64,000 bases of DNA from Auanema rhodensis. Lineage: Eukaryota > Animalia > Nematoda. The position numbers were made by a program, and so were the translations under genes. Positions 1 to 11,113 of the stretch are shown one piece after another. The notes beneath the pieces are model-generated. The model was not told the origin of the DNA and ran no database searches. It saw nothing but the letters and a program-made list of their open reading frames with translations. The stretch spans positions 124,001-188,000 of the forward strand of contig OZ059900.1 in NCBI GenBank assembly GCA_964057225.1, read 5' to 3'. The number at the start of each line of letters is the position of its first letter. Position 1 is the stretch's first letter.

Positions 1-165
1 ACTAAGTATGGTCGTTTTTATGCCTTTAACACAATATACTCACCGATTTTTGGTACAAAATCTGTAATACTCGTAAATTTTGATCATATTCGTTAAGATT
101 TGAGAATCAAACACACAATACACAAAATCAGTCTATTTTTATGAGCTTGCACTGATATATATTCA

Positions 166-177
166 TTTTGATCAAAA
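166..177. other. Perfect 12-bp palindrome TTTTGATCAAAA (once per monomer)
   Basis: Self-reverse-complementary and nearly invariant across the array. I saw a TTTCGATC variant only in the monomers at 5905 and 24997. Confidence 0.9.
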
Positions 178-240
178 AAGGTCGAAAATAGAAAGAATTT
201 TTGAAATTTCCGAGTTTTGAGTCCAATTTGGCTAAATCGC

Positions 241-252
241 TCATATATATGA
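241..252. other. Perfect 12-bp palindrome TCATATATATGA (once per monomer)
   Basis: Self-reverse-complementary. I noticed no variant and no slippage of the TA run in any monomer. Confidence 0.9.
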
Positions 253-1042
253 TCAAAAGCATAGTTTTATTGTCTATAACAACAAAAGTCATCAATTAAA
301 CGCTAGTGATGTTTTAATACTGAATTTCGCTCAAATAGCATTACTACACTAAGTATGGTCGTTTTTATGCCTTTAACACCATATACTCACCGATTTTTGG
401 TACAAAATCTGTAATACTTGTAAATTTTGATCATATTTGTTAAGATTTGAGAATCAAACACACAATACACAAAATCAGTCTATTTTTATGAGTTTGCACT
501 GATATATATTCATTTTGATCAAAAAAGGTCGAAAATAGAAAGAATTTTGGAAATGTCCGAGTTTTGAGTCCAATTTGGCTAAATCGCTCATATATATGAT
601 CAAAAGCATAGTTTTATTGTCTATAACAACAAAAGTCATCAATTAAACGCTAGTGATGTTTAAATACTGAATTTCGCTCAAATAGCATAACTACACTAAG
701 TATGGTCGTTTTTATGCCTTTAACACCATATACTCACCGATTTTTGGTACAAAATCTGTAATACTCGTAAATTTTGATCATATTCGTTAAGATTTGAGAA
801 TCAAACATACAATACACGAAATCAGTCTATTTTTATGAGCTTGCACTGATATATATTCATTTTGATCAAAAAAGGTCGAAAATAGAAAGAATTTTTGAAA
901 TTTCCGAGTTTTGAGTCTAATTTGGCTAAATCGCTCATATATATGATCAGAAGCATAGTTTTATTGTCTATGACAACAAAAGTCATTAATTAAACACTAA
1001 TGATGTTTAAATTACTAAATTTCGCTCAAATAGCATTACTAC

Positions 1043-4000
1043 ACTAAGTATGGTCGTTTTTATGCCTTTAACACCATATACTCACCGATTTTTGGTACAA
1101 AATCTGTAATACTCGTAAATTTTGATCATATTCGTTAAGATTTGAGAATCAAACACACAATACACAAAATCAGTCTATTTTTATGAGCTTGCACTGATAT
1201 ATATTCATTTTGATCAAAAAAGGTCGAAAATAGAAAGAATTTTTGAAATTTCCGAGTTTTGAGTCCAATTTGGCTGAATCGCTCATATATATGATCAAAA
1301 GCATAGTTTTATTGTCTATAACAACAAAAGTCATCAATTAAACGCTAGTGATGTTTTAATACTGAATTTCGCTCAAATAGCATTACTACACTAAGTATGG
1401 TCGTTTTTATGCCTTTAACACCATATACTCACCGATTTTTGGTACAAAATCTGTAATACTCGTAAATTTTGATCATATTCGTTAAGATTTGAAAATCAAA
1501 CACACAATAAACAAAATCAGTCTATTTTTATGAGTTTGCACTGATATATATTCATTTTGATCAAAAAAGGTCGAAAATAGAAAGAATTTTTGAATTTTCC
1601 GAGTTTTGAGTCCAATTGGGCTAAATCGCTCATATATATGATCAAAAGCATAGTTTTATTGTCTATAACAACAAAAGTCATTAATTAAACACTAATGATG
1701 TTTAAATCACTAAATTTCGCTCAAATAGCATTACTACACTAAGTATGGTCGTTTTTATGCCTTTAACACCATATACTCACCGATTTTTGGTACAAAATCT
1801 GTAATACTCGTAAATTTTGATCATATTCGTTAAGATTTGAGAATCAAACACACAATACACAAAATCAGTCTATTTTTATGAGCTTGCACTGATATATATT
1901 CATTTTGATCAAAAAAGGTCGAAAATAGAAAGAATTTTTGAAATTTCCGAGTTTTGAGTCCAATTTGGCTAAATCGCTCATATATATGATCAAAAGCATA
2001 GTTTTATTGTCTATAACAACAAAAGTCATCAATTAAACGCTAGTGATGTTTTAATACTGAATTTCGCTAAAATAGCATTACTACACTAAGTATGGTCGTT
2101 TTTATGCCTTTAACACCATATACTCACCGATTTTTGGTACAAAATCTGTAATACTTGTAAATTTTGATCATATTTGTTAAGATTTGAGAATCAAACACAC
2201 AATACACAAAATCAGTCTATTTTTATGAGTTTGCACTGATATATATTCATTTTGATCAAAAAAGGTCGAAAATAGAAAGAATTTTGGAAATGTCCGAGTT
2301 TTGAGTCCAATTTTGCTAAATCGCTCATATATATGATCAAAAGCATAGTTTTATTGTCTATAACAACAAAAGTCATCAATTAAACGCTAGTGATGTTTAA
2401 ATACTGAATTTCGCTCAAATAGCATAACTACACTAAGTATGGTCGTTTTTATGCCTTTAACACCATATACTCACCGATTTTTGGTACAAAATCTGTAATA
2501 CTTGTAAATTTTGATCATATTTGTTAAGATTTGAGAATCAAACACACAATACACAAAATCAGTCTATTTTTATGAGTTTGCACTGATATATATTCATTTT
2601 GATCAAAAAAGGTCGAAAATAGAAAGAATTTTGGAAATGTCCGAGTTTTGAGTCCAATTTGGCTAAATCGCTCATATATATGATCAAAAGCATAGTTTTA
2701 TTGTCTATAACAACAAAAATCATCAATTAAACGCTAGTGATGTTTAAATACTGAATTTCGCTCAAATAGCATTACTACACTAAGTATGGTCGTTTTTATG
2801 CCTTTAACACCATATACTCACCGATTTTTGGTACAAAATCTGTAATACTCGTAAATTTTGATCATATTCGTTAAGATTTGAAAATCAAACACACAATAAA
2901 CAAAATCAGTCTATTTTTATGAGTTTGCACTGATATATATTCATTTTGATCAAAAAAGGTCGAAAATAGAAAGAATTTTTGAATTTTCCGAGTTTTGAGT
3001 CCAATTGGGCTAAATCGCTCATATATATGATCAAAAGCATAGTTTTATTGTCTATAACAACAAAAGTCATTAATTAAACACTAATGATGTTTAAATCACT
3101 AAATTTCGCTCAAATAGCATTACTACACTAAGTATGGTCGTTTTTATGCCTTTAACACCATATACTCACCGATTTTTGGTACAAAATCTGTAATACTCGT
3201 AAATTTTGATCATATTCGTTAAGATTTGAGAATCAAACACACAATACACAAAATCAGTCTATTTTTATGAGCTTGCACTGATATATATTCATTTTGATCA
3301 AAAAAGGTCGAAAATAGAAAGAATTTTTGAAATTTCCGAGTTTTGAGTCCAATTTGGCTGAATCGCTCATATATATGATCAAAAGCATAGTTTTATTGTC
3401 TATAACAACAAAAGTCATCAATTAAACGCTAGTGATGTTTTAATACTGAATTTCGCTCAAATAGCATTACTACACTAAGTATGGTCGTTTTTATGCCTTT
3501 AACACCATATACTCACCGATTTTTGGTACAAAATCTGTAATACTCGTAAATTTTGATCATATTCGTTAAGATTTGAAAATCAAACACACAATAAACAAAA
3601 TCAGTCTATTTTTATGAGTTTGCACTGATATATATTCATTTTGATCAAAAAAGGTCGAAAATAGAAAGAATTTTTGAATTTTCCGAGTTTTGAGTCCAAT
3701 TGGGCTAAATCGCTCATATATATGATCAAAAGCATAGTTTTATTGTCTATAACAACAAAAGTCATTAATTAAACACTAATGATGTTTAAATCACTAAATT
3801 TCGCTCAAATAGCATTACTACACTAAGTATGGTCGTTTTTATGCCTTTAACACCATATACTCACCGATTTTTGGTACAAAATCTGTAATACTCGTAAATT
3901 TTGATCATATTCGTTAAGATTTGAGAATCAAACACACAATACACAAAATCAGTCTATTTTTATGAGCTTGCACTGATATATATTCATTTTGATCAAAAAA

Positions 4001-4862
4001 GGTCGAAAATAGAAAGAATTTTTGAAATTTCCGAGTTTTGAGTCCAATTTGGCTAAATCGCTCATATATATGATCAAAAGCATAGTTTTATTGTCTATAA
4101 CAACAAAAGTCATCAATTAAACGCTAGTGATGTTTTAATACTGAATTTCGCTAAAATAGCATTACTACACTAAGTATGGTCGTTTTTATGCCTTTAACAC
4201 CATATACTCACCGATTTTTGGTACAAAATCTGTAATACTTGTAAATTTTGATCATATTTGTTAAGATTTGAGAATCAAACACACAATACACAAAATCAGT
4301 CTATTTTTATGAGTTTGCACTGATATATATTCATTTTGATCAAAAAAGGTCGAAAATAGAAAGAATTTTGGAAATGTCCGAGTTTTGAGTCCAATTTTGC
4401 TAAATCGCTCATATATATGATCAAAAGCATAGTTTTATTGTCTATAACAACAAAAGTCATCAATTAAACGCTAGTGATGTTTAAATACTGAATTTCGCTC
4501 AAATAGCATAACTACACTAAGTATGGTCGTTTTTATGCCTTTAACACCATATACTCACCGATTTTTGGTACAAAATCTGTAATACTTGTAAATTTTGATC
4601 ATATTTGTTAAGATTTGAGAATCAAACACACAATACACAAAATCAGTCTATTTTTATGAGTTTGCACTGATATATATTCATTTTGATCAAAAAAGGTCGA
4701 AAATAGAAAGAATTTTGGAAATGTCCGAGTTTTGAGTCCAATTTGGCTAAATCGCTCATATATATGATCAAAAGCATAGTTTTATTGTCTATAACAACAA
4801 AAATCATCAATTAAACGCTAGTGATGTTTAAATACTGAATTTCGCTCAAATAGCATTACTAC
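1043..4862 (+). repeat. Local duplication of a 5-monomer block at 6-monomer offset
   Basis: 1043-2778 is repeated at 3127-4862 (offset 2084 bp), with CTGAAT, GAAAAT/AATAAAC, GCTAAAATAG, TTTTGCT and AAAAATCAT monomers in the same order. Confidence 0.88.
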
Positions 4863-7800
4863 ACTAAGTATGGTCGTTTTTATGCCTTTAACACCATATA
4901 CTCACCGATTTTTGGTACAAAATCTGTAATACTCGTAAATTTTGATCATATTCGTTAAGATTTGAGAATCAAACACACAATACACAAAATCAGTCTATTT
5001 TTATGAGCTTGCACTGATATATATTCATTTTGATCAAAAAAGGTCGAAAATAGAAAGAATTTTTGAATTTTCCGAGTTTTGAGTCCAATTGGGCTAAATC
5101 GCTCATATATATGATCAAAAGCATAGTTTTATTGTCTATGACAACAAAAGTCATTAATTAAACACTAATGATGTTTAAATTACTAAATTTCGCTCAAATA
5201 GCATTACTACACTAAGTATGGTCGTTTTTATGCCTTTAACACCATATACTCACCGATTTTTGGTACAAAATCTGTAATACTCGTAAATTTTGATCATATT
5301 CGTTAAGATTTGAGAATCAAACACACAATACACAAAATCAGTCTATTTTGATGAGCTTGCACTGATATATATTCATTTTGATCAAAAAAGGTCGAAAATA
5401 GAAAGAATTTTTGAATTTTCCGAGTTTTGAGTCCAATTGGGCTAAATCGCTCATATATATGATCAAAAGCATAGTTTTATTGTCTATAACAACAAAAGTC
5501 ATCAATTAAACGCTAGTGATGTTTTAATACTGAATTTCGCTCAAATAGCATTACTACACTAAGTATGGTCGTTTTTATGCCTTTAACACCATATACTCAC
5601 CGATTTTTGGTACAAAATCTGTAATACTCGTAAATTTTGATCATATTCGTTAAGATTTGAGAATCAAACACACAATACACAAAATCAGTCTATTTTTATG
5701 AGCTTGCACTGATATATATTCATTTTGATCAAAAAAGGTCGAAAATAGAAAGAATTTTTGAAATTTCCGAGTTTTGAGTCCAATTTGGCTAAATCGCTCA
5801 TATATATGATCAAAAGCATAGTTTTATTGTCTATGACAACAAAAGTCATTAATTAAACACTAATGATGTTTAAATACTGAATTTCGCTCAAATAGCATTA
5901 CTACACTAAGTATGGTCGTTTTTATGCCTTTAACACCATATACTCACCGATTTTTGGTACAAAATCTGTAATACTCGTAAATTTTGATCATATTCGTTAA
6001 GATTTGAGAATCAAACACACAATACACAAAATCAGTCTATTTTTATGAGCTTGCACTGATATATATTCATTTCGATCAAAAAAGGTCGAAAATAGAAAGA
6101 ATTTTTGAAATTTCCGAGTTTTGAGTCCAATTTGGCTAAATCGCTCATATATATGATCAAAAGCATAGTTTTATTGTCTATAACAACAAAAGTCATCAAT
6201 TAAACGCTAGTGATGTTTTAATACTGAATTTCGCTCAAATAGCATTACTACACTAAGTATGGTCGTTTTTATGCCTTTAACACCATATACTCACCGATTT
6301 TTGGTACAAAATCTGTAATACTTGTAAATTTTGATCATATTTGTTAAGATTTGAGAATCAAACATACAATACACGAAATCAGTCTATTTTTATGAGCTTG
6401 CACTGATATATATTCATTTTGATCAAAAAAGGTCGAAAATAGAAAGAATTTTTGAAATTTCCGAGTTTTGAGTCTAATTTGGCTAAATCGCTCATATATA
6501 TGATCAGAAGCAAAGTTTTATTGTCTATGATAACAAAAGTCATCAATTAAACGCTAGTGATGTTTAAATACTGATTTTCGCTCAAATAGCATTACTACAC
6601 TAAGTATGGTCGTTTTTATGCCTTTAACACCATATACTCACCGATTTTTGGTACAAAATCTGTAATACTCGTAAATTTTGATCATATTCGTTAAGATTTG
6701 AAAATCAAACACACAATACACAAAGTCAGTCTATTTTTATGAGCTTGCACTGATATATATTCATTTTGATCAAAAAAGGTCGAAAATAGAAAGAATTTTT
6801 GAAATTTCCGAGTTTTGAGTCCAATTTGGCTAAATCGCTCATATATATGATCAAAAGCATAGTTCTATTGTCTATAACAACAAAAGTCATCAATTAAACG
6901 CTAGTGATGTTTAAATACTGAATTTCGCTCAAATAGCATTACTACACTAAGTATGGTCGTTTTTATGCCTTTAACACCATATACTCACCGATTTTTGGTA
7001 CAAAATCTGTAATACTCGTAAATTTTGATCATATTCGTTAAGATTTGAGAATCAAACACACAATACACGAAATCAGTCTATTTTCATGAGCTTGCACTGA
7101 TATATATTCATTTTGATCAAAAAAGGTCGAAAATAGAAAGAATTTTTGAATTTTCCGAGTTTTGAGTCCAATTGGGCTAAATCGCTCATATATATGATCA
7201 AAAGCATAGTTTTATTGTCTATGACAACAAAAGTCATTAATTAAACACTAATGATGTTTAAATCACTAAATTTCGCTCAAATAGCATTACTACACTAAGT
7301 ATGGTCGTTTTTATGCCTTTAACACCATATACTCACCGATTTTTGGTACAAAATCTGTAATACTCGTAAATTTTGATCATATTCGTTAAGATTTGAGAAT
7401 CAAACACACAATACACAAAATCAGTCTATTTTTATGAGCTTGCACTGATATATATTCATTTTGATCAAAAAAGGTCGAAAATAGAAAGAATTTTTGAAAT
7501 TTCCGAGTTTTGAGTCCAATTTGGCTAAATCGCTCATATATATGATCAAAAGCATAGTTTTATTGTCTATAACAACAAAAGTCATCAATTAAACGCTAGT
7601 GATGTTTTAATACTGAATTTCGCTCAAATAGCATTACTACACTAAGTATGGTCGTTTTTATGCCTTTAACACCATATACTCACCGATTTTTGGTACAAAA
7701 TCTGTAATACTTGTAAATTTTGATCATATTTGTTAAGATTTGAGAATCAAACACACAATACACAAAATCAGTCTATTTTTATGAGTTTGCACTGATATAT

Positions 7801-10800
7801 ATTCATTTTGATCAAAAAAGGTCGAAAATAGAAAGAATTTTGGAAATGTCCGAGTTTTGAGTCCAATTTGGCTAAATCGCTCATATATATGATCAAAAGC
7901 ATAGTTTTATTGTCTATAACAACAAAAGTCATCAATTAAACGCTAGTGATGTTTAAATACTGAATTTCGCTCGAATAGCATTACTACACTAAGTATGGTC
8001 GTTTTTATGCCTTTAACACCATATACTCACCGATTTTTGGTACAAAATCTGTAATACTCGTAAATTTTGATCATATTCGTTAAGATTTGAGAATCAAACA
8101 TACAATACACAAAATCAGTCTATTTTCATGAGCTTGCACTGATATATATTCATTTTGATCAAAAAAGGTCGAAAATAGAAAGAATTTTTGAAATTTACGA
8201 GTTTTGAGTCTAATTTGGCTAAATCGCTCATATATATGATCAGAAGCATAGTTTTATTGTCTATGACAACAAAAGTCATTAGTTAAACACTAATGATGTT
8301 TAAATCACTAAATTTCGCTCAAATAGCATTACTACACTAAGTATGGTCGTTTTTATGCCTTTAACACCATATACTCACCGATTTTTGGTACAAAATCTGT
8401 AATACTTGTAAATTTTGATCATATTTGTTAAGATTTGAGAATCAAACACACAATACACAAAATCAGTCTATTTTTATGAGTTTGCACTGATATATATTCA
8501 TTTTGATCAAAAAAGGTCGAAAATAGAAAGAATTTTGGAAATGTCCGAGTTTTGAGTCCAATTTGGCTAAATCGCTCATATATATGATCAAAAGCATAGT
8601 TTTATTGTCTATAACAACAAAAGTCATCAATTAAACGCTAGTGATGTTTAAATACTGAATTTCGCTCAAATAGCATAACTACACTAAGTATGGTCGTTTT
8701 TATGCCTTTAACACCATATACTCACCGATTTTTGGTACAAAATCTGTAATACTCGTAAATTTTGATCATATTCGTTAAGATTTGAGAATCAAACATACAA
8801 TACACGAAATCAGTCTATTTTTATGAGCTTGCACTGATATATATTCATTTTGATCAAAAAAGATCGAAAATAGAAAGAATTTTTGAAATTTCCGAGTTTT
8901 GAGTCTAATTTGGCTAAATCGCTCATATATATGATCAGAAGCATAGTTTTGTTGTCTATGACAACAAAAGTCATCAATTAAACGCTAGTGATGTTTAAAT
9001 ACTGATTTTCGCTCAAATAGCATTACTACACTAAGTATGGTCGTTTTTATGCCTTTAACACCATATACTCACCGATTTTTGGTACAAAATCTGTAATACT
9101 CGTAAATTTTGATCATATTCGTTAAGATTTGAGAATCAAACACACAATACACAAAATCAGTCTATTTTGATGAGCTTGCACTGATATATATTCATTTTGA
9201 TCAAAAAAGGTCGAAAATAGAAAGAATTTTTGAAATTTCCGAGTTTTGAGTCCAATTTGGCTAAATCGCTCATATATATGATCAAAAGCATAGTTTTATT
9301 GTCTATAACAACAAAAGTCATCAATTAAACGCTAGTGATGTTTAAATACTGAATTTCGCTCAAATAGCATTACTACACTAAGTATGGTCGTTTTTATGCC
9401 TTTAACACCATATACTCACCGATTTTTGGTACAAATTCTGTAATACTCGTAAATTTTGATCATATTCGTTAAGATTCGAGAATCAAACATACAATACACG
9501 AAATCAGTCTATTTTTATGAGCTTGCACTGATATATATTCATTTTGATCAAAAAAGGTCGAAAATAGAAAGAATTTTTGAAATTTCCGAGTTTTGAGTCC
9601 AATTTGGCTAAATCGCTCATATATATGATCAAAAGCATAGTTTTATTGTCTATAACAACAAAAGTCATCAATTAAACGCTAGTGATGTTTAAATACTGAA
9701 TTTCGCTCAAATAGCATTACTACACTAAGTATGGTCGTTTTTATGCCTTTAACACCATATACTCACCGATTTTTGGTACAAAATCTGTAATACTCGTAAA
9801 TTTTGATCATATTCGTTAAGATTTGAGAATCAAACACACAATACACGAAATCAGTCTATTTTTATGAGCTTGCACTGATATATATTCATTTTGATCAAAA
9901 AAGGTCGAAAATAGAAAGAATTTTTGAATTTTCCGAGTTTTGAGTCCAATTGGGCTAAATCGCTCATATATATGATCAAAAGCATAGTTTTATTGTCTAT
10001 GACAACAAAAGTCATTAATTAAACACTAATGATGTTTAAATCACTAAATTTCGCTCAAATAGCATTACTACACTAAGTATGGTCGTTTTTATGCCTTTAA
10101 CACCATATACTCACCGATTTTTGGTACAAAATCTGTAATACTCGTAAATTTTGATCATATTCGTTAAGATTTGAGAATCAAACACACAATACACAAAATC
10201 AGTCTATTTTTATGAGCTTGCACTGATATATATTCATTTTGATCAAAAAAGGTCGAAAATAGAAAGAATTTTTGAAATTTCCGAGTTTTGAGTCCAATTT
10301 GGCTGAATCGCTCATATATATGATCAAAAGCATAGTTTTATTGTCTATAACAACAAAAGTCATCAATTAAACGCTAGTGATGTTTTAATACTGAATTTCG
10401 CTCAAATAGCATTACTACACTAAGTATGGTCGTTTTTATGCCTTTAACACCATATACTCACCGATTTTTGGTACAAAATCTGTAATACTTGTAAATTTTG
10501 ATCATATTCGTTAAGATTTGAAAATCAAACACACATTGAACAAAATCAGTTTATTTTTATGAGTTTGCACTGATATATATTCATTTTGATCAAAAAAGGT
10601 CGAAAATAGAAAGAATTTTTGAATTTTCCGAGTTTTGAGTCCAATTGGGCTAAATTGCTCATATATATGATCAAAAGCATAGTTTTATTGTCTATGACAA
10701 CAAAAGTCATTAATTAAACACTAATGATGTTTAAATCACTAAATTTCGCTCAAATAGCATTACTACACTAAGTATGGTCGTTTTTATGCCTTTAACACCA

Positions 10801-11113
10801 TATACTCACCGATTTTTGGTACAAAATCTGTAATACTCGTAAATTTTGATCATATTCGTTAAGATTTGAGAATCAAACACACAATACACAAAATCAGTCT
10901 ATTTTTATGAGCTTGCACTGATATATATTCATTTTGATCAAAAAAGGTCGAAAATAGAAAGAATTTTTGAAATTTCCGAGTTTTGAGTCTAATTTGGCTA
11001 AATCGCTCATATATATGATCAGAAGCATAGTTTTGTTGTCTATGACAACAAAAGTCATCAATTAAACGCTAGTGATGTTTAAATACTGATTTTCGCTCAA
11101 ATAGCATTACTAC
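3474..11113 (+). repeat. Higher-order repeat core, copy 1 (22 monomers in a fixed variant order)
   Basis: Ordered marker monomers: GCTAAAATAG; TTTTGCT; AAAAATCAT; AATTACTAAAT; TTGATGAG; GCAAAG+TATGATA; CAAAGTC+TTCTATT; GCTCGAAT; TTTACG+CATTAGT (monomer at 7988); AAGATCG; CAAATTC; CACATTGA. Confidence 0.9.

Larger units (their letters stand above)
1..347 (+). repeat. Reference monomer (near-consensus, 347 bp)
   Basis: Runs from the first anchor to the base before the next anchor at 348. It carries a rare C>A at position 33 (ACAATA), seen again in the monomers starting at 31587 and 48602. It contains three TGATCA (BclI) sites at 81, 169 and 250. Confidence 0.97.

Noticed and set aside
324-340. 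CENP-B-box-like motif around TTTCGCTCAAATAGC
   Set aside because: Only the TTCG....A part matches; the essential CGGG of the canonical box is absent.
1-347. Tandem 5S rRNA, tRNA, snRNA or spliced-leader gene unit
   Set aside because: I recognised no RNA gene sequence, cloverleaf or convincing Pol III box A/B/C, and the GC content is low throughout.
1-347. Assignment to a named satellite family of similar length (e.g. Drosophila 359-bp or tenebrionid beetle 340-360-bp satellites)
   Set aside because: Length and AT content are similar, but I cannot verify any sequence identity without a search.
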